A stretch of 64,000 nucleotides of DNA from a virus. Lineage: Duplodnaviria; Heunggongvirae; Uroviricota; Caudoviricetes. Under the pieces are notes generated by a model. The model saw nothing but the letters and a program-made list of their open reading frames with translations, was not told the DNA's origin and did no database searches. Positions 57,351-64,000 of this stretch are shown piece after piece. How positions within the stretch are numbered: position 1 is the stretch's first letter; each line of letters starts with the position of its first letter. The position numbers and the translations under genes are program-made. The stretch is taken from IMG/VR virus record IMGVR_UViG_3300017766_003306, positions 5,587 through 69,586 of that record, one strand, 5' to 3'.

Positions 57351-57380
57351 TTGACAAGATTATTTTAGTATGTTACAGTA
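57351..57380 (+). promoter_or_regulatory. sigma70-like promoter TTGACA-N17-TACAGT
   Basis: GCTTGACAAGATTATTTTAGTATGTTACAGT. Confidence 0.4.
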
Positions 57381-57424
57381 AGAGTAATCGAGAAACGATT
57401 AACAAAACGATAAGGAGTCACAAA

Positions 57425-57982
57425 GTGACAATAAACAATATAGTAAGTGAGATCAACTCACAACGATTAGAAGCGGAATTAGAGACTCTTACGAGTACTC
57501 AGGGTGCAGTGCAAGAAGTTGTAGAGGTTAAAGAGTCTGAGGAAGATTTGACTCGTAAAAACTTAGAGCTTCAAATACAAGCTATTGAAAGTATTAGATC
57601 CGACTACTTGACAGCTCTCGATAGTTATGAGAAAGCTATTGCAGATGCAGAAGCTCAATTTAAGCCTATTAAAGACCACATGGAAAGTCTAAAGACTATT
57701 GCTTTAGGTCTTTATAAGTCTTTACCCGTAACGTCCCATAAAGCTACTGAACGTTTTGGCAATGTAGTATTCAAACGTAAAGCGGGGCGTAAATCAAAGA
57801 CCTACGATGTAGCCCGAGTTTATACAGCATTAGTTGGAGCTGACGGAGATACGACTAAGTTCTTCAATTCTGTATCTGTTGGTGTTACTAAAATCTCTAG
57901 CTATATGTCAGATGCGGAGCAGTTTGCTTTAGGTCTATACACTGTTAGTCAAGATATTTCTACGACGATAGAATGCGAATAA
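57425..57982 (+). CDS. hypothetical coiled-coil protein
   Basis: Track ORF 57347..57982 begins inside the promoter; GTG 57425 preceded by AAGGAG RBS is the likely start. Confidence 0.4.
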   Translation: MTINNIVSEINSQRLEAELETLTSTQGAVQEVVEVKESEEDLTRKNLELQIQAIESIRSDYLTALDSYEKAIADAEAQFKPIKDHMESLKTIALGLYKSLPVTSHKATERFGNVVFKRKAGRKSKTYDVARVYTALVGADGDTTKFFNSVSVGVTKISSYMSDAEQFALGLYTVSQDISTTIECE

Positions 57983-57991
57983 TAGCACAAA

Positions 57992-59050
57992 ATGAACAAA
58001 GAATCACTACTGCACGTTATGAATATCTTAGGTATGAAAGTTCATGCTTTTAATGGTAATTGGGCTAGTACGATTTGCCCTTTCGCTAGCGTAACTCATT
58101 CTAAAGGGTACGATAGTAAGCCTAGCTTCGGCATATCTTTTTATGATAACAAAGTCAGTGGGTATAATTGCTTCTCATGCCATCAGAAGGGAACACTAAG
58201 TAGGCTCCCTTCTGATCTTTACAGCTCTAAAGTAACTGATGATCTTATAGAGTCTGCTAAGCTTTCTAAGATGATTAGAGACTTAGAAGGGCATAACGCT
58301 AGTTCTTTAATCATAACGTGTAAAGATGTCTTACCTACAAATGATGAAGTATTTGATTCTGAGTTTACTATCAGTAAGAACCCGTTTCCCGATCCTTTCA
58401 AGTCTAAGCTTGCATCTAATTACCTACTCAGCAGAAACATAACTAAAAATGTTAGCGATTATTTAGATTTAGGATATTCCCACAAAGAACTTAGGATAGT
58501 TTTTCCGATTAAAAACTCGGAAGGTACTATTAAGGGATTCACTTCTCGTTTATGTATATCTACAGAGCAAGGACAAGTTCTTGCACATACGCTAAGTGAG
58601 ATGTCTTTCTTAAAGAAGATCGTAAACACTAAGGGTCTATCTAAAGAAGTATGTGTTTTAGGGATAGAACACGTTGAGCCTAATTCTAAAATTGTTGTAG
58701 TTGAGGGATTATTTGGGTATGCTTCGTTGCAGGCTCTAAAGCTAAAACACAACTTAGCTATAAGCCCTGTCGCTACGTTAGGTAGTAGTGTTTCTGTAGA
58801 TCAAGCAAAACTTATATCTTCTAAAAGCTCACAAGTCTGCCTCATGTTTGACCCCGATTCTGCGGGATTGTTAGGTACAGAGAAAGCGACTAAGCTATTC
58901 ATTAACGAGATAGGCATATATCCTAGAGTGTTTGATTGGAATAGAGCTACGACTGCTGATGTAGATTATGTATCAATAGATGACTTAGAGAGGGGGGGAG
59001 TGTTAAAGAGAGAAGCGTCTAGTAACATACACGCAAGAGTATTATTTTAA
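57992..59050 (+). CDS. DnaG-like DNA primase (CHC2 zinc finger + TOPRIM)
   Basis: CPFASVTHSKGYDSKPSFGISF...YNCFSCHQKG zinc-binding motif; VVVEG and MFDPDSAG TOPRIM-like acidic motifs. Confidence 0.6.
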   Translation: MNKESLLHVMNILGMKVHAFNGNWASTICPFASVTHSKGYDSKPSFGISFYDNKVSGYNCFSCHQKGTLSRLPSDLYSSKVTDDLIESAKLSKMIRDLEGHNASSLIITCKDVLPTNDEVFDSEFTISKNPFPDPFKSKLASNYLLSRNITKNVSDYLDLGYSHKELRIVFPIKNSEGTIKGFTSRLCISTEQGQVLAHTLSEMSFLKKIVNTKGLSKEVCVLGIEHVEPNSKIVVVEGLFGYASLQALKLKHNLAISPVATLGSSVSVDQAKLISSKSSQVCLMFDPDSAGLLGTEKATKLFINEIGIYPRVFDWNRATTADVDYVSIDDLERGGVLKREASSNIHARVLF

Positions 59051-59100
59051 TTGCATACAAGTAGTATGCGTAACATCTCACGATAGGAGACAAGATAATT

Positions 59101-60204
59101 ATGAACTTCTTTGATACAGCTATGAAACAAGCGGAAGCTTTTAACGAGCAAGCCCAACAAAACTCGGGCGGGTATGGAAGTGAACTCATTAGAAACAGCC
59201 AAATGCGTTTTGGTTTAGCGGTTCAAGGTAAAAAAGGCGATTTGGGTAGTGTTTACGACATTATCATTTTAGATCATTTTGATGCCAAGACTGTATCTAA
59301 TATGCCTATGTTCTTTGAAGCTGATCTATTTGATAAACTTCAAAACATAAATACTAAGACAAGAGCGTACACATTCACTACTGATGTCGTTGATGGGAAC
59401 GATCCTAAAATCTTAGAATACAATAGAGCTATTAAGCAGTTGTTAGGTAACGTAGAGCGTCTACCACAACTAAGAGGAACGTATTACTTATCTATTCTTG
59501 CGTTGAACTACCCAACGTTTGCCAAGAAAGAGGGTGAGCCTAAGACTGCACATAGACGTATGTTGCTCCCCATCTCATCTAAGAATGCTACAGATGGTAA
59601 ATGGTTTCTTGCGTTACAGTCCGCTATTGAGAAGTATGGTACTCTTCGTGGGGTCAAGTTTAGACTTTCTCGGAGTTCTGAAAACACAAGCCCCAAAATT
59701 GGCACGTTCGAGATGATTCCTTCCTGTGCCTATTCTGACCATAAGCCTGTAACTATTCCCGACCCCAAAAATCCGTCTAAGAAGACTGTAGTAAAGACTA
59801 CAGAACAACACGCTAAAGTTCCTGAATCTCAACTAGCGAAGTATGCGTGTACTGAGCTAGCTAAAAAAGATGGGACAGTGTACCGTAAAGCAGGAGAGAA
59901 CCTTGAGCCTTTCGACTATAAGAAAGTCCTCAAGCCCGTAACTGTAGCTGATCTTAAAGAAATGTTCCCTCTTAATTTCAGTGGCGATAAGGGCGGTAAT
60001 CAGACTACTGCTGATCTTTCTAGTGATGAAGCTTTAGATTTCTTGCTAAGCGAGATCGACGAGTCTCCAAGCACTGACTTCTCAGAAGATCCCGCAGAAG
60101 CTCTCGCCTTACTCGGTGAAGTCACAGAAGATACTCCTACTGTAGTCTTGTCTAATCCCGATGATCCATTCTCTACTCCCTATGTAGATGAAGACGACGA
60201 GTAA
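59101..60204 (+). CDS. putative ssDNA-binding protein (acidic C-terminal tail)
   Basis: 367 aa ending DDPFSTPYVDEDDE; sits between primase and helicase. Confidence 0.3.
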   Translation: MNFFDTAMKQAEAFNEQAQQNSGGYGSELIRNSQMRFGLAVQGKKGDLGSVYDIIILDHFDAKTVSNMPMFFEADLFDKLQNINTKTRAYTFTTDVVDGNDPKILEYNRAIKQLLGNVERLPQLRGTYYLSILALNYPTFAKKEGEPKTAHRRMLLPISSKNATDGKWFLALQSAIEKYGTLRGVKFRLSRSSENTSPKIGTFEMIPSCAYSDHKPVTIPDPKNPSKKTVVKTTEQHAKVPESQLAKYACTELAKKDGTVYRKAGENLEPFDYKKVLKPVTVADLKEMFPLNFSGDKGGNQTTADLSSDEALDFLLSEIDESPSTDFSEDPAEALALLGEVTEDTPTVVLSNPDDPFSTPYVDEDDE

Positions 60205-60271
60205 ATTATAAAAAACAATAAGCTCGGGCAGGGAACTACTCTGCCCGATTATCCCCTAGAAAGGCACACTT

Positions 60272-61792
60272 ATGTCGACTGAGCAAATAAACTCTATACA
60301 TTGCGTCATCTCTGATTCTGTTTATATTATAGCGTCTAAGGGCATTGTAGATTCTTTTGTAAATAATTGCTTCAAGCACGATTTAGAGTTTGCCCCTAAA
60401 TACTCCCAAACTTTCGGAAACATGGAACAGGCAGAGAACGTACAATGCTACTCTGTACATAGAGCGAATAAAGATACCTCTAACCCTGTTTATTTCGTAA
60501 AGATTCCTGTTGCTTATGGTTTAGAGTTTATTGAAAAGCTTAAAGCAAGCAAGCTGAGCATCCCTGTAACAGTATCAGATAAGCGATATAATAAAGTTCA
60601 TCCCGAATTCGACAAACTTGTTCCTAAACAGATAAACTTAAGTCATCCAAAAGCTCATCCGTGCCAAAAAGTCTTAGTCCCTGCGGTAATTAAAATGCTC
60701 GAAGAGAAGTCTACGGCATTCTTAAAAGCGGGTACGGGATTAGGCAAGAGTCCTATGTCTCTGTATATTGCAAAGCATTTCAAAACAAGGACTTTAGTAG
60801 TCACTCACAGACAAAAACTTTTAAACATCTTTAAAGATACTTGTATAGACCCTAAAAACGGGTTAGGCGTATTACCTAAAGACTTAGGGTATATTTATCA
60901 AGGGGAAGAAAACTTAGAAGCCCCGATTGTCATCTCTACAATACAAAGCATTTTATCTCTTATGAAGAATAAGCCTGTAAACTACTTGCACGATATGTTT
61001 GGGTTTATTATTTTTGACGAGTGCGATACGCTAGGAGCTAAAGAGTTTTCAAGAGTCATGTCTATGATCAATGCGGGTAAAGTTCTAGGGATGACAGCTA
61101 CAGTAAGTAGGGGGGACGGTCTTGAGGGCGTGTTCTTAAGCTACTTCGGAAAGAAGAATATCGTAGAAGCTAGCTCAGACGCTCTTCCTATGAAGCTCGT
61201 TGTTTCAGATGTTATAACACAACTACACCCCCAACTACTAAGCCCCCTACTCTTTGATAAAGCAATCGTAAGAAATAAGACGTTCTTAGATCATGCAGGT
61301 AAATTAGGAAAGATGCTCTATGACAAGGGAAGATATACTGTTGTCTTTGCTAAGCAAAAACGGACGCTTTTAGAGTACAAGCAGAGACTTATAGACTTAG
61401 GCGTTCCTATTCGTGATATTGGCGATTACTTTGGAGAGCCTGCCCTATCAGACGGAATACCCCCACATCTACTTTCTATCGCCGTAGAAAAAAAGCCTAC
61501 AGAGTATTTTAAAGCTGTAGAGAAACACGCTAGGATAATCCTTGCTACTTATGGCATGATGAGTAGGGGTGTAAGTATCGAACACTTAGATGCGGGTATA
61601 AGTTTAACAGAAGTTTCGGATATGACTCAACCCTTTGGTAGAGTACGAAGACCACCACCTGTAGGTAAAATTAAGCCTTTAGCTATTTGGTATATATTCA
61701 GGCACACTAATATAAAACATAGTACGTCTAGGATAGGTAAGATTATAGAGAAGTGTAGGACTGATTCTAATATAATTGTTGTAGAGAAATAA
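60272..61792 (+). CDS. SF2 DNA helicase
   Basis: Walker A AGTGLGKS, Walker B IIFDECDTL, C-terminal helicase domain. Confidence 0.6.
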   Translation: MSTEQINSIHCVISDSVYIIASKGIVDSFVNNCFKHDLEFAPKYSQTFGNMEQAENVQCYSVHRANKDTSNPVYFVKIPVAYGLEFIEKLKASKLSIPVTVSDKRYNKVHPEFDKLVPKQINLSHPKAHPCQKVLVPAVIKMLEEKSTAFLKAGTGLGKSPMSLYIAKHFKTRTLVVTHRQKLLNIFKDTCIDPKNGLGVLPKDLGYIYQGEENLEAPIVISTIQSILSLMKNKPVNYLHDMFGFIIFDECDTLGAKEFSRVMSMINAGKVLGMTATVSRGDGLEGVFLSYFGKKNIVEASSDALPMKLVVSDVITQLHPQLLSPLLFDKAIVRNKTFLDHAGKLGKMLYDKGRYTVVFAKQKRTLLEYKQRLIDLGVPIRDIGDYFGEPALSDGIPPHLLSIAVEKKPTEYFKAVEKHARIILATYGMMSRGVSIEHLDAGISLTEVSDMTQPFGRVRRPPPVGKIKPLAIWYIFRHTNIKHSTSRIGKIIEKCRTDSNIIVVEK

Positions 61793-61797
61793 AGATT

Positions 61798-62259
61798 ATG
61801 GTAGTTGAGTTGAGAACATATCAAGCAATAGCAGATCTTCAAGACTATTCTAAGCCTAGTCAGAAATTGCGTATTATATCTTTAGAAATTATAGGCGTAG
61901 ATATGATAGCTTACTTATCCGCTATCCCTCCACACCTTCGTAAGCTCATTTCTAAAGCTTACGATGAAGGCACAATACCTAAACCGATTTTCTATCGCAG
62001 TATAACATTAGACGGAGAGATTTACCCTCTCACTAATGCTTCTTGGTACGAAGTGCCTAAATCGTTAAGTAAGTCGGAATTAGCTTGTTTAGATAAATAT
62101 CAGCTTATTCCTATCATTTCGATTATAGAGCTTACATCTGTTTTGACTGTAATGAAGAGAACTAAAACGTCGGAGGATATTTATCTGTCAGTAATAGCGA
62201 AGAGGTTAAGTAAAGTGTATGAGTCAGTTGCACATAATAGAAGTTCCTATAGGTCGTAG
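61798..62259 (+). CDS. hypothetical protein
   Basis: 153-aa ORF. Confidence 0.35.
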   Translation: MVVELRTYQAIADLQDYSKPSQKLRIISLEIIGVDMIAYLSAIPPHLRKLISKAYDEGTIPKPIFYRSITLDGEIYPLTNASWYEVPKSLSKSELACLDKYQLIPIISIIELTSVLTVMKRTKTSEDIYLSVIAKRLSKVYESVAHNRSSYRS

Positions 62260-62704
62260 ATTTGTAGGTCATACTTACAAATGCACAAGAACGTCGAATG
62301 CTTGGGTTAATAATGAGCGTATAAAGCGTGAGTATGTCCTAGCACAAGAAGAGTCTAATTTAGAACACTTAGAGTACATGGTTGAGTTCAAAGCGTTTAT
62401 GGAAGAAAAGGAGATCGAGGAGATGGTTAAGAAAGAAGCGAGTAATAAAGTTACTTGGCATATCGGGTATGTAGGTACAACATCGGGTATGACGTTGAAC
62501 TTGCAAAACTACGAATCCGCTAAAGCAGAGTCTTATGTTTGCTTACCTATTCCAGTAAGAATGGAGAATGGGGAGATTTCAGAAGAGCAAGTAAAAGAAG
62601 CTCACGAAAGGGCAGTAGCTCTTATTGGGACGCTACACGATTCTGTAGCTGAGCAATTAACGGCGACAGTTAATCAGGTCGTATCTAGCAGAAGAGGGGT
62701 CTAA
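62219..62704 (+). CDS. hypothetical protein
   Basis: 161-aa ORF. Confidence 0.35.
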   Translation: MSQLHIIEVPIGRRFVGHTYKCTRTSNAWVNNERIKREYVLAQEESNLEHLEYMVEFKAFMEEKEIEEMVKKEASNKVTWHIGYVGTTSGMTLNLQNYESAKAESYVCLPIPVRMENGEISEEQVKEAHERAVALIGTLHDSVAEQLTATVNQVVSSRRGV

Positions 62705-62709
62705 GTATT

Positions 62710-63411
62710 ATGATGAGTAAATTAAATGCCGAACAAGCTTACAAAGTTTTAAAGTTTATGTTCTTAGAGAGTGTTATTGATAAAGATCTAGCAGTGTTTA
62801 GAGATAAACTACTTACGAGTATATCTAAAGATGTAGTAAATACATTATGCGATTGGGATGCAAAAAAGTACTTCAACCCTGATAGCCCGATCATGGTTGA
62901 CGCTATCGGAGTTATCTTAACTGGTAGTCATTCAGAACGAGAAGTAGGGAGAGCCTTATTCTCCACCCCTCTTCGTGTTCCTGCTGTAGGCTCGGCTAAG
63001 TCAGAATATGTCGGGGAAGCGATGAAAGTAAGGCATAAAACATATAATGATCAAGGCGTAGAGATGACTTCTGAAGCGTATCTATTACGAGTACGCTCTG
63101 ATAAATTATACTCAGAAGAAGGAAGCCCTTACAAGTTCTCTAAAGCGACTAATAAGATCCTTAAAGATACTTTAGCGTATAAGGCTGATTTAGAGAAGTC
63201 TAAAGATGAAGCTAGAAACTTATTAAAGTATTATACAGGGAAGGCTTTTACGACGATACAGAAAGAAGACCCTTACTTGCATGATGTTATTACAGAAGTT
63301 TTAGGAACAGTCAAGAAAGAATCCCCTGTCCCCGATAATTTAGCAGACATCGTAAATGCTTCTAAGACTATTCAAGTCCCTAAACTTAAACGCTTAGAGT
63401 CTAAGAGCTAA
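62710..63411 (+). CDS. hypothetical protein
   Basis: 233-aa ORF. Confidence 0.4.
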   Translation: MMSKLNAEQAYKVLKFMFLESVIDKDLAVFRDKLLTSISKDVVNTLCDWDAKKYFNPDSPIMVDAIGVILTGSHSEREVGRALFSTPLRVPAVGSAKSEYVGEAMKVRHKTYNDQGVEMTSEAYLLRVRSDKLYSEEGSPYKFSKATNKILKDTLAYKADLEKSKDEARNLLKYYTGKAFTTIQKEDPYLHDVITEVLGTVKKESPVPDNLADIVNASKTIQVPKLKRLESKS

Positions 63412-63453
63412 GATCTATCAATACATACAGCACTAACTAGAAGGTTAAACACA

Positions 63454-64000
63454 ATGGCAAAGAAAGAAGTTCTATCTACAAAGGAACACGCAAAAGCTAT
63501 AGTAGATAAGATCCGTGAAAATATGTCTAATATATCAGCGTTATCCGCAAGCGATAATACGATGACGGGAAGAATACCGACAGGAATACTCCCTATAGAT
63601 CGTGCATTGCATGGTGGAATATCTGAGGGTAAACTGCACATCTTCGCAGGAAATCAGCACGGCGGAAAGTCTACTACTATGATGTCTCTTGTTGGGGAGT
63701 TTCACAAAAAGTACCCCGAAAAGTTAGCTGTCTTGATAGACTCTGAGAGTGCTTTTCCTCAGAAAGAAGGAGATAAGAAATCGTGGGCAGAGCATCTAGG
63801 CATTGATTTAGAGCGTCTTATTATCTTAGATGGGGCAAACAATGCGGAAGCAGTAGCGGACGCAGTAGATGCAGTATGTCAAGACCTTACAGTTGGTCTA
63901 GTCGTCATTGATAGTATTGCTACTCTTTCTTCTACTGTATCGTTAGAAGAGTCTGCTAGCCAAGCAACTTATGCGGGGGCTTCTAAAGCAATACATAGGC
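63454..64000 (+). CDS. RecA/UvsX-like recombinase (5' partial, runs off window)
   Basis: ATG 63454 after AAGG RBS; IPTGILPIDRALHGGISEGKLHIFAGNQHGGKSTTMMSLVG matches RecA N-terminal/Walker A region; no stop before window end. Confidence 0.7.
   Translation, partial: MAKKEVLSTKEHAKAIVDKIRENMSNISALSASDNTMTGRIPTGILPIDRALHGGISEGKLHIFAGNQHGGKSTTMMSLVGEFHKKYPEKLAVLIDSESAFPQKEGDKKSWAEHLGIDLERLIILDGANNAEAVADAVDAVCQDLTVGLVVIDSIATLSSTVSLEESASQATYAGASKAIHR

Noticed and set aside
57347-57424. TTG start at 57347 for ORF 57347..57982
   Set aside because: This start lies inside the TTGACA promoter element; GTG 57425 with an AAGGAG RBS is the plausible start.

Overview
This window is an AT-rich stretch of a large tailed bacteriophage genome (myovirus-like), with no cellular housekeeping genes. 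It splits into three blocks.

- **1–9.4 kb (+ strand):** about 25 small early-type ORFs, each behind a repeated sigma70-like promoter (TTGACT-N17-TATTAT) with a reused leader cassette. One ORF is a small DNA methyltransferase interrupted at a G8 homopolymer.
- **9.45–10.7 kb:** non-coding island with a tRNA-like element, a G-rich block and long hairpins.
- **10.7–49.7 kb (− strand), in coordinate order:**
  - tail-fibre module: a 1020-aa fibre with a triplicated internal repeat, and a second fibre sharing its C-terminal domain;
  - three XRE-family HTH regulators;
  - RtcB RNA ligase split by a 313-aa LAGLIDADG-type intein at the catalytic Cys;
  - putative tail sheath and tail tube;
  - seven tRNA genes: Arg-TCT, Thr-TGT, Asp-GTC, Met-CAT, Tyr-GTA, Ser-TGA and a second CAT;
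  - an SPFH/band-7 lipoprotein;
  - a putative portal;
  - a compact 7-deazaguanine DNA-modification operon (details below);
  - terminase large and small subunits.
- **50–64 kb (+ strand):** replication and recombination genes behind consensus TTGACA-N17-TATAAT promoters: an AAA+ ATPase, DnaG-like primase, SSB-like protein, SF2 helicase and the 5' part of a RecA/UvsX-like recombinase.

The deazaguanine operon is the most unusual feature. It has FolE, QueD plus a Cys-less T-fold paralog, QueE, a DpdA-like transglycosylase, a second TGT-like protein, two ParB-like paralogs and a GT4 glycosyltransferase. No QueC is visible in the window.

A conserved 18-bp motif (TTCTATCGTCGTATAAAT and its near-palindromic variants) recurs at 12 or more intergenic sites.
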